From the NCBI GenBank assembly GCA_022796875.1, contig JAAWJJ010000002.1, positions 21,819 through 85,818 on the forward strand: a stretch of DNA of 64,000 nt, written 5' to 3'. A model generated the notes under the pieces. The model was not told the DNA's origin. It ran no database searches and saw only the letters and a list, made by a program, of their open reading frames with translations. The position numbers were made by a program, and so were the translations under genes. Shown piece by piece: positions 17,989-28,036 of this stretch. Position 1 is the stretch's first letter; each line of letters begins with the position of its first letter. This DNA comes from Eubacterium sp. Its GTDB lineage: Bacteria > Bacillota > Clostridia > Lachnospirales > Lachnospiraceae.

Positions 17989-18377
17989 GGATTCTCACTT
18001 TCTTCTTCCTCTTCCTGCCCGGAAGCCATATTTCCACACATTTCTTCTGCCGTCATCGAAGTATTCAAAAGATACGTCCCTGGCTTGATATCATCCGCAT
18101 AAGCGGATAATTTCAGCTGCACGGCAAACAGACCGGCATCACGGATCAGTCCTTTTTTCAAAAGCAGCTCTCCGATCTGCCTGCCATCCATTCCTTTTGT
18201 CACTTCCACTAATACATCGGTACCGGGTTCTTTTTCTATCGGCTCTTCCGTATAGACACGGTATCCGAACGAATACGCCTTCTGCGCCAAATAGTAGATC
18301 CCGAAAATCACCAGCACCATCACCAGGATTCCGACGCTTAAGCCTACGATTCGGCTCACCAGTTTGCGGGCTTTCAT
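17985..18377 (-). CDS. short MltG/YceG-like protein (TM helix plus N-terminal LysM-like domain only)
   Basis: 130 aa. Contains a TM segment and VEVTKGMDGRQIGELLLKKGLIRDAGLF..., as in the MltG N-terminal region. No catalytic domain is present. Confidence 0.5.
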   Translation of the reverse strand: MKARKLVSRIVGLSVGILVMVLVIFGIYYLAQKAYSFGYRVYTEEPIEKEPGTDVLVEVTKGMDGRQIGELLLKKGLIRDAGLFAVQLKLSAYADDIKPGTYLLNTSMTAEEMCGNMASGQEEEEESENP

Positions 18378-18399
18378 ATTGCTTTCCTCCGCTGTTTAC

Positions 18400-18726
18400 C
18401 TAAAAACCTATTTCAAAATCTATTTCATCCACAATACGATAATTTATTTTCTGAATCATTTTGCACAACGCGTTTTCTGCCAGAATAAAATGCTCAATGT
18501 CCTGATCTTTCGTCAGTTCTTCCCGAAAACCTGTCAGATACGTAATCTCCGTCATAGGGGTTTCCCGTGTCTGAAACTGGTAACACTGTTTTCGGTAGAG
18601 GTTTGTCTTTTCATACTTTTCTTCGTCCCCGGATAAAACCTCTCTTGCTTCCTGATAATCTCTGTATTCATCGCTCGTTTTAATGACCTGTATCAGCTCT
18701 TCCATTGCCCTGTCCAAATCCGACAT
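18400..18726 (-). CDS. YlbF/YmcA-family regulator
   Basis: 108-aa helical protein. IKTSDEYRDYQEAREVL and the following sequence are typical of the family. Confidence 0.55.
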   Translation of the reverse strand: MSDLDRAMEELIQVIKTSDEYRDYQEAREVLSGDEEKYEKTNLYRKQCYQFQTRETPMTEITYLTGFREELTKDQDIEHFILAENALCKMIQKINYRIVDEIDFEIGF

Positions 18727-18730
18727 ACTT

Positions 18731-20395
18731 TCAAACCTCCATTATGATTGGCATAATCATCGGCCGGCGCTTTGTTTTTTTCCAGACAAATTCACCAAGC
18801 GCATCTTTTATTTCATACTTAATCTTACCCCAGTCCGAAATGTTTTTCTGCATACAATGGTCCATCGTAAGATTCAATACCTGCTTCGCCTCATCCATCA
18901 GACTTTCGGAGCCTCTGACATAAACAAATCCCCGGCTGACGATATCCGGCCCTGCCAGAAGCTGTCCCGAACCGGATTCCAGCGTCATGACTACGATAAT
19001 GATACCGTCTTCTGCCAGATGCTGCCTGTCACGCAGTACAATATTCCCCACATCGCCGATTCCCAGGCCGTCTACAAAAACGTTTCCCGTCTGGACGTGA
19101 TCGACTACTGCCGCACCGTCCTCGTTCAATTCCAATACATCCCCGGAAGACAATACGAAAATATCGTCTTTGGAATACCCGAGTTCTTCCACAACTTTCG
19201 CCTGCGCGATCAGATGTTTATATTCACCATGCACCGGAATCGCATATTTCGGACGCACCAGAGAATAAATCAGTTTGATTTCCTCCTGACAGGCATGTCC
19301 AGACACATGGGTATCCTGGAAAATCACGTTAGCTCCCTGCCGGGACAGTTCGTTGATGATCTTTGACACCGCTTTTTCATTTCCCGGAATCGGGTGCGAA
19401 CTTAATATAATCGCATCGCCCGGTTTGATACTGATCTTTTTATGCATGCCGCTCGCCATCCTGGATAACGCCGCCATAGATTCTCCCTGGCTGCCCGTTG
19501 TAATCAGCACGGTTTTCTCATCCGGATAATTTTTTAATTCTTCAATATCCAGCAGCGTATTTTCCGGAATACTGATATATCCGAGTTCTGTCGCCGTAGT
19601 AATGATATTTACCATACTACGGCCTTCTACGCCGACTTTCCGCCCGTATTTGTACGCCGAATTGATGATCTGCTGCACCCGGTCCACATTTGACGCAAAG
19701 GTCGCCACAAAAATACGGCTGTTTGTATGCTCGGAAAATATTGCGTCAAACGTTTTCCCCACGGTTTTTTCCGACATTGTAAATCCAGGACGCTCCGCAT
19801 TCGTACTGTCGCACATAAGCGCCAGCACGCCTTTTTTCCCGATTTCACCCAGACGCGGCAAATCAATCGCATCGCCGAAGACCGGCGTATAATCCACTTT
19901 AAAGTCCCCTGTATGGACAACGATACCTGCGGCGGAATAAATTGCTAAAGCAGCAGCGTCCTGTATACTGTGATTTGTTTTGATAAATTCCACACGAAAA
20001 GCGCCGAGATTAATATGCTGTCCGTATTTTACCACTTTGCGTTTGACTTTTGTAAGCATATTGTGCTCTTTTAACTTATTCTCAATCAGGCCGTTGGTTA
20101 GTTTTGTCGCATAGATTGGCACGTTCACTTCTTTCATCACATACGGAATGGCTCCGATGTGATCCTCATGTCCATGCGTTATAAAAAATCCCTTTACTTT
20201 GTCCAAATTTGCCTGTAAATAGGAAATGTCAGGGACGACAAGGTCAATTCCGAGCATATCATCTTCTGGAAATGACACCCCGCAGTCCACAACAATAATA
20301 CTGTCTTCAATCTCAAAGGCAGTAATGTTCATTCCAATCTGCTCTAATCCCCCTAATGGAATGATCTTCAATTTTAAATTGTCCTTTTTTTTCAA
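18731..20395 (-). CDS. rnj: ribonuclease J
   Basis: Metallo-beta-lactamase HGHEDHIGAIPY motif and beta-CASP architecture. Start set at TTG 20395, 6 nt after AGGAGG, giving MKKKDNLKLKIIPLGG and 554 aa. The track ORF extends to 20428. Confidence 0.9.
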   Translation of the reverse strand: MKKKDNLKLKIIPLGGLEQIGMNITAFEIEDSIIVVDCGVSFPEDDMLGIDLVVPDISYLQANLDKVKGFFITHGHEDHIGAIPYVMKEVNVPIYATKLTNGLIENKLKEHNMLTKVKRKVVKYGQHINLGAFRVEFIKTNHSIQDAAALAIYSAAGIVVHTGDFKVDYTPVFGDAIDLPRLGEIGKKGVLALMCDSTNAERPGFTMSEKTVGKTFDAIFSEHTNSRIFVATFASNVDRVQQIINSAYKYGRKVGVEGRSMVNIITTATELGYISIPENTLLDIEELKNYPDEKTVLITTGSQGESMAALSRMASGMHKKISIKPGDAIILSSHPIPGNEKAVSKIINELSRQGANVIFQDTHVSGHACQEEIKLIYSLVRPKYAIPVHGEYKHLIAQAKVVEELGYSKDDIFVLSSGDVLELNEDGAAVVDHVQTGNVFVDGLGIGDVGNIVLRDRQHLAEDGIIIVVMTLESGSGQLLAGPDIVSRGFVYVRGSESLMDEAKQVLNLTMDHCMQKNISDWGKIKYEIKDALGEFVWKKTKRRPMIMPIIMEV

Positions 20396-20510
20396 AATAA
20401 TCCTCCTATCATTTCTTTTTCCGTTCACTTTAAAAATGAATTAATCCGGCGTCGGTCCCCTCCTGTTCCCCATTCCGAACAACAGTGCCCCGCCTGTAAA
20501 TTAATTTGTT

Positions 20511-20765
20511 CTAATTGATTTCCACATCCTCTAACAGTTCTTCGAAAACTTTTGCTAATGCATCTATTTGTTTTTCATCCTCTACGATCTCATAGATGAT
20601 ATCATCATTTTCTTCCGTAACCTGTTTTAAAATCCAGCAATTCGCATCTCCTTCTTCTTCCTCTGTGACAAGCAGATACGTTTCCCCTGCCACAACCGTC
20701 TGTTCCAGCACGTATGCTTCGATTTTTTCCTTTGTTCCCGGTTCTGTAAATACTAATTTTTCCAT
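20511..20765 (-). CDS. DUF1292 (YrzB-like) acidic protein
   Basis: 84 aa, highly acidic, with a YLLVTEEEEGD... pattern. Its position after ruvX matches other Firmicutes. Confidence 0.7.
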   Translation of the reverse strand: MEKLVFTEPGTKEKIEAYVLEQTVVAGETYLLVTEEEEGDANCWILKQVTEENDDIIYEIVEDEKQIDALAKVFEELLEDVEIN

Positions 20766-20803
20766 TCTTCTTTTTTCACCCTTTCTCCTACATTCGGAGA
20801 ATT

Positions 20804-21235
20804 TTAAGAATCCTGTCCGGCCAGGGAATCCAAATATCCCTGCAAAATAAAGACCGCAGCTATCCTGTCCACATGTTTTTTCTTATCCTGCCCACGAATT
20901 CCAGCTTCCGCCATGGTTCTTTCTGCCGCAACCGTTGTAAGGCGTTCATCCCACAATACCACTTCAAGGCCTGTCCGGCGGATTAACATTTCCTGAAACT
21001 CCAGTGTTTTTTCACACCGCGCGCCTTCCGTATTATTCATATTCTTTGGAAATCCAAGCACAATCCGCTCTACGTCATATTTCTGCGCCAGTTCTTCAAT
21101 CCGCGCACAGGTCTGTCTGAGTTTTGACGGAGATTTCCTTGTAATAATCTCAATTCCCTGCGCCGTAACCAAAAGCGCGTCGCTTATGGCGACTCCTACC
21201 GTTTTGGAGCCATAATCCAATCCCATGATCCGCAT
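20804..21235 (-). CDS. ruvX: Holliday junction resolvase-like / pre-16S rRNA nuclease RuvX (YqgF)
   Basis: [20 protein letters not shown]-terminus, 143 aa. Confidence 0.9.
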   Translation of the reverse strand: MRIMGLDYGSKTVGVAISDALLVTAQGIEIITRKSPSKLRQTCARIEELAQKYDVERIVLGFPKNMNNTEGARCEKTLEFQEMLIRRTGLEVVLWDERLTTVAAERTMAEAGIRGQDKKKHVDRIAAVFILQGYLDSLAGQDS

Positions 21236-21246
21236 GGTGCCCTCCG

Positions 21247-21510
21247 CTATACCCAGTTCTTTGTTTTGATATAAGTCTGAAACAATTCTTCTACCAGTTC
21301 GTCGCGTTCTACTTTCATAATAAGGCTGCGTGCATTATTATGGCTTGTAATATAAGTCGGGTCTCCGGACATAATATAACCTACAATCTGGTTAACCGGA
21401 TTATACCCTTTTTCAATCAAAGCCTGATATACGATTTTCAAAACTTCTTTTACCTGCATCACAGGCTCTTTTTCCACTTTAAAATATTGTGTCCGACTAA
21501 TATCTTTCAT
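21247..21510 (-). CDS. IreB-family regulatory phosphoprotein (UPF0297/YrzL)
   Basis: [30 protein letters not shown] signature. Start moved to the ATG after GAGGTG. Confidence 0.85.
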   Translation of the reverse strand: MKDISRTQYFKVEKEPVMQVKEVLKIVYQALIEKGYNPVNQIVGYIMSGDPTYITSHNNARSLIMKVERDELVEELFQTYIKTKNWV

Positions 21511-21613
21511 ACTTCCCACCTCTTATGTTTCCAAAAAATATATTCCCGCACGGCTGCCGCTTTTTAATATGGAAACACTTGCATGTCCATTTTAATATAA
21601 ATTAACTGAAAAT

Positions 21614-22921
21614 TCAATCATTTTTTCCGAAAAGCAGGTATTCTCCACCTGACATTTTTTTTGCAACACCGCAGATCACTTGATTTAGCGCCGCATGTTC
21701 GCTGTCCGTCAGTATTTTTACATATTCCCGTGAATACCCCTGAAAATATTTTTTCCCGTCTATGACGACTTCTTCTTCTAACAGAACATCCAATGGCCTG
21801 CCGATAAAAAATTCCCTGAACTGTTCCGACATTTTGTTTCCAAGTGTGATCAGTTCGCCGCTTCTTTCTGTTTTTTCTGCATCCGAAACCTGCATCGGAA
21901 AACCGGCTGCCCGCGTCCCTTCCCTTTTGGAATATTTAAAAATGTGCATTTCATAAAAATGGATTTCTTCCAAAAACCGTTTTGTAACCTCAAATTCTTC
22001 GTCCGTTTCTCCCGGGAAACCGACAATGACATCCGTTGTGATCGCCGGCTGCCCGTAAACCCGACGCAGCAATTCACATTTTTCCCGATACTGCGCCGTC
22101 GTATAATGCCGGTTCATGCGCCGCAGCGTCGCGTCGCAGCCGCTCTGCAAAGACAGATGAAAATGAGGACAGACGTTTTCGCAGGCATGCAGCCGCTCCA
22201 CAAACTCTTTCGTAATGATTCCCGGCTCAAGTGAACTTAACCGGATCCTTTTTAGTCCGTCAGTTTTATTGACGGCTTCAATCAGATCAATCAGCGTTTC
22301 TCCGGTATCTTTCCCGTAAGAACTGACATGAATCCCCGTCAGTACGATTTCCAGGATACCGGAAGACACCAGTTTCCTGACCTCTTCCAATACTTCTGCC
22401 GCACGCCGGCTGCGGATCCGTCCCCTGGCATACGGAATCCTGCAGTAACTGCAGTAATTTTCACACCCGTCCTGAATTTTTGTAAAGGCTCTCGTATGCG
22501 TCCTGCTAACCGTAATCTGCAGCGGTTCATAAGCGGTTTCCGCCGCTACGTCCGGCACTTCATATATTTTTTTCCTGTTTTTTTGAAACTGTTCGATCTT
22601 TTGCAACAATTCCGACTTATGGTTGTTCGCCAGTAAAATATCCGCCGTCCCGTCTTCTGCGGCAGATCCGGACGAAGCCTGCACGTAACACCCGGCAGCC
22701 ACCACTACCGCCTGAGGATTCTGCTTTCTGGCGCGGTGGATCATCTGCCGTGATTTCCGGTCTGCAATATTAGTCACAGTACAAGTATTGATAATATACA
22801 CATCCGCCTGTTCCTGGAACGGCACGATTTCATACCCCGCCTGTTCCAGTATCTGCCGCATGGCTTCCGTTTCATATGCATTTACTTTGCATCCGAGATT
22901 GTGTAACGCCGCTTTTCTCAT
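21614..22921 (-). CDS. mtaB: tRNA (N6-threonylcarbamoyladenosine-37) methylthiotransferase MtaB
   Basis: MiaB-like radical SAM protein. NLGCKVNAYETE N-domain, CENYCSYC cluster, TRAM-like C-terminus. Confidence 0.8.
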   Translation of the reverse strand: MRKAALHNLGCKVNAYETEAMRQILEQAGYEIVPFQEQADVYIINTCTVTNIADRKSRQMIHRARKQNPQAVVVAAGCYVQASSGSAAEDGTADILLANNHKSELLQKIEQFQKNRKKIYEVPDVAAETAYEPLQITVSRTHTRAFTKIQDGCENYCSYCRIPYARGRIRSRRAAEVLEEVRKLVSSGILEIVLTGIHVSSYGKDTGETLIDLIEAVNKTDGLKRIRLSSLEPGIITKEFVERLHACENVCPHFHLSLQSGCDATLRRMNRHYTTAQYREKCELLRRVYGQPAITTDVIVGFPGETDEEFEVTKRFLEEIHFYEMHIFKYSKREGTRAAGFPMQVSDAEKTERSGELITLGNKMSEQFREFFIGRPLDVLLEEEVVIDGKKYFQGYSREYVKILTDSEHAALNQVICGVAKKMSGGEYLLFGKND

Positions 22922-23017
22922 CTTATAGCCTTTCTGAATATTGACTTTTACGTCTAAAAAAAATATAATAAAATTATATTAGAATCATCAAATATCTTTT
23001 ACATAAGGAGGGTTTTT

Positions 23018-23251
23018 ATGAAGACCGTTCAAATCTCACTTAACTCCATCGATAAGGTGAAATCATTTGTCAATACTATCTCACAGTTTGATTTTGATTT
23101 CGACCTGATTTCCGGCAGGTACGTCATAGATGCAAAATCTATTATGGGTATTTTCAGCCTTGACTTATCCAAACCGATCGACCTTGCCATCCATACGGAA
23201 AACGATGTAGACAAAATACTGGAAGTCATTGATCCATATCTGATCAAATAA
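23018..23251 (+). CDS. HPr-family phosphocarrier-like protein (lacks canonical His15 context)
   Basis: 77 aa. IDAKSIMGIFSLDL resembles the HPr Ser46 region. Good RBS (AAGGAGG). Confidence 0.55.
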   Translation: MKTVQISLNSIDKVKSFVNTISQFDFDFDLISGRYVIDAKSIMGIFSLDLSKPIDLAIHTENDVDKILEVIDPYLIK

Positions 23252-23276
23252 CAGGAAAACACCGTGTTATCCCGCA

Positions 23277-23313
23277 GGGATTGTACATTATCGTACAATC
23301 CCCTTTTCTTTTT
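23277..23313 (+). terminator. rho-independent terminator
   Basis: GGGATTGTAC-attatc-GTACAATCCC followed by TTTTCTTTTT. Confidence 0.8.
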
Positions 23314-23319
23314 GTACTG

Positions 23320-24501
23320 CTATGGCTCTACAATAATGGTTTCAGCCGAATCGATCGCTTCTTTTACCAGTTCCTCTATTTTTTCCGCCAGCTTCTTTTC
23401 CGAATTTTGTATAATGTTCAAATTAGGTTTCGTGACCGGATGTTTTGCCACAAATATAGTGCAGCAATCCTCAAACGGCTGGATAGAAGTTTCATACGTA
23501 CCTATTTTTTCGGAAAGGTCCACGATCTCCTGCTTGTCAAACCCGATTAACGGGCGGTAGACAGGCATCGTACAGACCGCATTTGTAGCCGCTAACGACT
23601 GCATGGTTTGGCTGGCCACCTGTCCGATGCTCTCTCCCGTTACTAACCCAAGAGAACCGGTTTCTTGGGCAAAATGTTCCGCGATCCGCATCATATAACG
23701 GCGCATGATGATTGTCAGTTCCTCGTGGCGGCACTGTTCGTAAATATAAAGCTGGATATCGGTAAAATTGACCACTTTCAAATAAATCGGCCCGGTATAC
23801 CTGGCTACGATTTTTGCAAGGTCGACGACTTTCTGTTTTGCCCGTTCGCTCGTATACGGCGGCGCATGGAAATAAGTCGCGTCGATTTTTACCCCGCGTT
23901 TTGCCACCATATAGCCAGCCACCGGAGAATCAATTCCCCCGGATAACAATAACATCGCTTTTCCGTTTGTGCCCATGGGCATCCCTCCCGGCCCGGCAAT
24001 GACTTCCGAATACAAAAATATGCGGCTGCGGATCTCGACTTCAAACATCACCTGCGGATGATGCACGTCCACTTTCATAGCCGGAAAAGCGTCCAGAATC
24101 CTGCCGCCCAATTCCGCGCTGATCTCCATGGATTCCATCGGATAATCTTTTTTGCCGCGCCTCGTGTGCACTTTAAAAGTCAGTTCCCGGTTCCCATACG
24201 CATGGCCGACATACTGCAGCATATCCCTGCTTAGCTGTTCAAACCCCTCTTCCGGACAGATCACGACCGGACAGAACGCCACGATTCCGAACACGGTTTT
24301 TAACGACGCCACCGTTTCTTCATAATCAAATTCCCCCTGAGCCTCCACGTAGATCCGTCCCTGCTCTTTTGTGACCAAAAATTCGCCCTCTGCCTGTTTT
24401 AAAGTATATTTGATCTGATGGATCAGAGCGTCTTCAAACAAATGACGGTTCTTGCCCTTTACCCCGATCTCTCCGTATTTCACCAAAAATGCCTGATACA
24501 T
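23320..24501 (-). CDS. thiI: tRNA 4-thiouridine synthase ThiI
   Basis: FLVKYGEIGVKGKNR THUMP N-terminus and LLLSGGIDSPVA PP-loop. Confidence 0.92.
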   Translation of the reverse strand: MYQAFLVKYGEIGVKGKNRHLFEDALIHQIKYTLKQAEGEFLVTKEQGRIYVEAQGEFDYEETVASLKTVFGIVAFCPVVICPEEGFEQLSRDMLQYVGHAYGNRELTFKVHTRRGKKDYPMESMEISAELGGRILDAFPAMKVDVHHPQVMFEVEIRSRIFLYSEVIAGPGGMPMGTNGKAMLLLSGGIDSPVAGYMVAKRGVKIDATYFHAPPYTSERAKQKVVDLAKIVARYTGPIYLKVVNFTDIQLYIYEQCRHEELTIIMRRYMMRIAEHFAQETGSLGLVTGESIGQVASQTMQSLAATNAVCTMPVYRPLIGFDKQEIVDLSEKIGTYETSIQPFEDCCTIFVAKHPVTKPNLNIIQNSEKKLAEKIEELVKEAIDSAETIIVEP

Positions 24502-24515
24502 ATTTTTCTCTCCCT

Positions 24516-25673
24516 TTATTTCCGGCTGTATTTTCTTAAAAAAGGAACGATTTCCTGCAGCACCGCTATAGCCTGTCCGATTTCTTCCGTCGTGGTATCC
24601 GTGCAGAAACTGAACCGTATCGCCGATTCACGCTCTTCTTTAGATAACCCCAGTGCCTGCAGCGTAGCGCTGCCTGCTTTTTTGTTAGAAGAACAGGCGC
24701 TGCCTGCCGATACAAAAATCCCTCTTTCCTCCAGAGCGTGCAACAACACCTCGCTGCGCACCCCTGGAAAACTGGCGTTTACAATATGAGGCGCGGCAAA
24801 CTGCTCCTCTGTACTTCCATTTATTTTCACATGCTCCATACACGCCAGTCCGTCCAGCAGACGCTGCCTGCATGTCCGCATACGCAATACCTGATTTTCC
24901 AGATCGCCGTAACATTCCTGTGCCGCAGCCGCCATGCCGACTGCCCCCGGTACGTTATCGGTTCCGGAACGCATCCCGTCCTGCTGTCCGCCGCCGAGCA
25001 GCAGAGGTTTTATTTTCACTTTTTCTCTTTTGTATAAAAAACCGGCGCCTTTCGGCCCGTGAAATTTGTGGCTGCTGACAGATAACAGATCGACCCCAAG
25101 CCTTTTCGGGAAAATCCGGTATTTTGCATAGGCCTGTACCGCATCGGTATGAAAAATCACATCCGGATTCTTCTCTTTTGCCAGCGCAGCCGCTTCCGCA
25201 ATCGGCTGCACCGTGCCGATCTCGTTATTCACATACATCATGGATACGAGAATCGTATCTTTGGTAACGGCTTCTTTTAATACCTCCGGCGACACCAGCC
25301 CTTCATGATTCACCGGAAGTACCTCCACTTCAAATCCCAGTTCCTCCAGATATTTCATCGGCTGCGCCACGGAAGAATGTTCGACTGCGGTCGTAAGCAC
25401 GCGGTTCCCGGCTCTGCGGTTTGCCAGCGCTGCGCCCAGGATCGCCGTATTATTGGATTCTGTCCCGCCTGACGTTAAAATCAGCTCCTTTGGCTGTACT
25501 TTCAACGTTTTCGCTAAAGTTTCTTTCGCCTTTTTCAAAGATCTCTCGGCTTCCACGCCTTTTAAGTGCATCGAGGACGGATTGCCGAAGTCCTCTTCCA
25601 GCGCCTGTTTCATTGCTTTTATTGCTGCCGGTGAACATTTTGTAGTTGCAGAATTATCAAGATATATCTCCAT
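24516..25673 (-). CDS. cysteine desulfurase (NifS/IscS class V aminotransferase)
   Basis: IYLDNSATT... and SVSSHKFHGPKG (PLP lysine) motifs, with active-site GSACSS near the C-terminus. Confidence 0.9.
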   Translation of the reverse strand: MEIYLDNSATTKCSPAAIKAMKQALEEDFGNPSSMHLKGVEAERSLKKAKETLAKTLKVQPKELILTSGGTESNNTAILGAALANRRAGNRVLTTAVEHSSVAQPMKYLEELGFEVEVLPVNHEGLVSPEVLKEAVTKDTILVSMMYVNNEIGTVQPIAEAAALAKEKNPDVIFHTDAVQAYAKYRIFPKRLGVDLLSVSSHKFHGPKGAGFLYKREKVKIKPLLLGGGQQDGMRSGTDNVPGAVGMAAAAQECYGDLENQVLRMRTCRQRLLDGLACMEHVKINGSTEEQFAAPHIVNASFPGVRSEVLLHALEERGIFVSAGSACSSNKKAGSATLQALGLSKEERESAIRFSFCTDTTTEEIGQAIAVLQEIVPFLRKYSRK

Positions 25674-26424
25674 TGCTTTCCTCTTCCCAAACAGTTTCCA
25701 AATGCAGCATCAATACGGACAGCGCGGCAATCGCCGCCGTATCCGTCCGCAAAATTCTTTTCCCCAGTGAAATAACTTTCGCTTCCGGCCGCAAGATTTC
25801 TATCTCCTCCGGGGCAAATCCTCCCTCCGGCCCGATCATTACGCTGACCGGTTCTCCCGGTTTCAGTCCCAGTACGGTATCTTTTGTCGCTGCCATTCCT
25901 CTTTCATTTTCGTACGGAACAATCAACGTCCCCCCTGTTTTTTTGGCATATGCAAACGCCTGCCGCAGCGTTACCGGTTCGCTAATATGGGGAATTCGGC
26001 TCCGTTTGGACTGCTTTGCCGCACTCTCGGCAATCGCCTGCCAGCGTCTGGCTTTTGTCTGCGCTTTTTTCGCATCCAGCTTCACGACACAGTATTTCAT
26101 CTCGACCGGAATTATTTCATGCACTCCCAGTTCCACCGCTTTTTGAATGACCGTTTCCATCCGGTCCCCTTTCGGAAGCGCCTGAAACAAATAAACCGGA
26201 CTGGGCAGTTCCGTATTTTCAGCCGGACGCAAGATGTCCGCCTGGACAAATTCGTCGGTAATTTCCGTAATCCTGCAGAAATGGTCCTGCCCGTTTTCAG
26301 AACTTACGCGGATCTCCTCTCCTGTCCGCATCCGCAGGACGTTTTTGATATGGTTCACATCCTGTCCCAGAATCGTAACAAACTCTTTTCCCTCCTGCGC
26401 GGCAGGAATAAAAAACTGATGCAT
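25657..26424 (-). CDS. rsmE: 16S rRNA (uracil1498-N3)-methyltransferase RsmE
   Basis: MHQFFIP... N-terminus and GPEGGF motif, 255 aa. Position after prmA matches B. subtilis. Confidence 0.88.
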   Translation of the reverse strand: MHQFFIPAAQEGKEFVTILGQDVNHIKNVLRMRTGEEIRVSSENGQDHFCRITEITDEFVQADILRPAENTELPSPVYLFQALPKGDRMETVIQKAVELGVHEIIPVEMKYCVVKLDAKKAQTKARRWQAIAESAAKQSKRSRIPHISEPVTLRQAFAYAKKTGGTLIVPYENERGMAATKDTVLGLKPGEPVSVMIGPEGGFAPEEIEILRPEAKVISLGKRILRTDTAAIAALSVLMLHLETVWEEESNGDIS

Positions 26425-26436
26425 AACGTCTTCTCT

Positions 26437-27387
26437 CTACTTTCTTGCTGTAATGTTAACCCATTCTCCCTGATGGTTAATTTCTAATATTGTCATGCCT
26501 GACGCTTTTATTGCAGCCGCCACTTCTTTTTCTTTAAAATCAATGATTCCGGACGTAATAAAAATACCGTTTTCTTTTAATCTGGCCGGAATCACCGGAG
26601 CCATCGGGATAATCACGTCCGCCAGAATATTAGCAACCACAATATCATACTCGTTTGTCCCGACTTTTTCCTGCAGTTTCGTATCGTCGATCAGATTTCC
26701 TACATAAAATGTCCCGGACTCTTTCGGCAAATGGTTAACCTTCATATTCGCATAGGTTGACTCCATACAATTGTCGTCAATATCGGTACCGACTACCGCA
26801 TCTGCGCCAAGTTTTAACGCGGTAACGGATAAAATACCGCTGCCACAACCAACGTCCAGTACTTTTGCGCCTTTCTTCATATATTTGCGAAGCTGCCGGA
26901 TACACAACTGCGTCGTTTCATGTTTTCCGGTCCCGAAAGATATCCCCGGGTCTATTTCGATTAAAAATTTGTCCCGGTCTGCTTCGGCCAACGACTCCCA
27001 TGTTGGTTTGATCAGAATATCGTCTATCGTAAACGACTTGAAATATTTTTTCCAGTTATTGATCCAGTCAATGTCCTCCGTCAGGTCGGAAGTGATCGTT
27101 CCGTCCCCGACATCAACGGTTTCCCGCAGGTTTTCTATCCCGGCTCGTACCTGTTTCAACAGTTCCCGGTACTCCTGCCCTTCCTCCAGGAAAAAACTGA
27201 CACGACTTGTCCCGTCGTCTTCCGGCAGTTCCGGCGGAAAATCAATAAACATCCCGTCCTGTTCTTCTTTGGAAAGCGGTACGTTGTTTTCAATCAGAAT
27301 CCCCTCAATTCCAAGTTCATCTAACATGGCGCTCAGATAATCTTCCGCCGCGGTTGTCGTTTGAATTGTAAATTTATTCCATTTCAT
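26437..27387 (-). CDS. prmA: ribosomal protein L11 methyltransferase PrmA
   Basis: MKWNKFTIQTTTAAEDYLSAML start after AGGAGG. DVGCGSGILS SAM motif. The track ORF (to 27516) adds a low-complexity basic extension. Confidence 0.9.
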   Translation of the reverse strand: MKWNKFTIQTTTAAEDYLSAMLDELGIEGILIENNVPLSKEEQDGMFIDFPPELPEDDGTSRVSFFLEEGQEYRELLKQVRAGIENLRETVDVGDGTITSDLTEDIDWINNWKKYFKSFTIDDILIKPTWESLAEADRDKFLIEIDPGISFGTGKHETTQLCIRQLRKYMKKGAKVLDVGCGSGILSVTALKLGADAVVGTDIDDNCMESTYANMKVNHLPKESGTFYVGNLIDDTKLQEKVGTNEYDIVVANILADVIIPMAPVIPARLKENGIFITSGIIDFKEKEVAAAIKASGMTILEINHQGEWVNITARK

Positions 27388-27457
27388 GCGCTGATTCCTC
27401 CTGAAATCCTGCCTTTTGTGTCTTTGTTTTGTCTTCTTTCCTGTCTTCGTTCTGTCG

Positions 27458-28036
27458 TTATTCCCGTTCTGTTTTTCTCTCTTTTTCCGTCTTTTCCCAT
27501 TCCAGAATTGCAGCAATTTTTAAGATCAAAAGCTGCGTTTTAGCATCTGCAATCTCATTGTCCAGACACATCTGCACCGCTTGATCCAACGGAATTTTTT
27601 CCGTTTCCAGAAATTCATCCTCATCCGGATTGCTGCTTCCAAACTCCCGCACACGGCAAAAATACAGGTGCAGACATTCTCTGTAGCATCCCGGGCTTGG
27701 ATACATCACGCCCATATACCGGTAATCTTCTCCGATCGCACCGGCTTCTTCCAGCAGTTCCCGTTTTGCCGCCGCTAACGGCTCTTCACCGGCATCCAGC
27801 TTGCCCGCGGGTATTTCCAGCAATACTTCCCGGTACGGATAACGGTACTGCCGCACAAACATCAGGCAGTTATCGTCGGTTACCGCGGCAATCGCCACGC
27901 CGCCGCAGTGGTAAACCACCTCGCGGAACGCCCTGCTTTTATCCGGCAATTCCACGGTATCATGATTTACTTCCAGTATCTTTCCTTTAAAAACAGTCTT
28001 TTCTTCCAGACATTTTTCCGCCAGATGTTCGTACAT
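27458..28036 (-). CDS. NUDIX hydrolase (ADP-ribose pyrophosphatase-like)
   Basis: Nudix box GKLDAGEEPLAAAKRELLEEAG. Confidence 0.85.
   Translation of the reverse strand: MYEHLAEKCLEEKTVFKGKILEVNHDTVELPDKSRAFREVVYHCGGVAIAAVTDDNCLMFVRQYRYPYREVLLEIPAGKLDAGEEPLAAAKRELLEEAGAIGEDYRYMGVMYPSPGCYRECLHLYFCRVREFGSSNPDEDEFLETEKIPLDQAVQMCLDNEIADAKTQLLILKIAAILEWEKTEKERKTERE

Noticed and set aside
27388-27516. 129-nt N-terminal extension of the prmA ORF (MLQFWNGKRRKKREKQNGNN...).
   Set aside because: It is low-complexity basic sequence from a purine-rich spacer and overlaps the NUDIX gene 3' end. The canonical PrmA start MKWNKF with AGGAGG lies at 27387.
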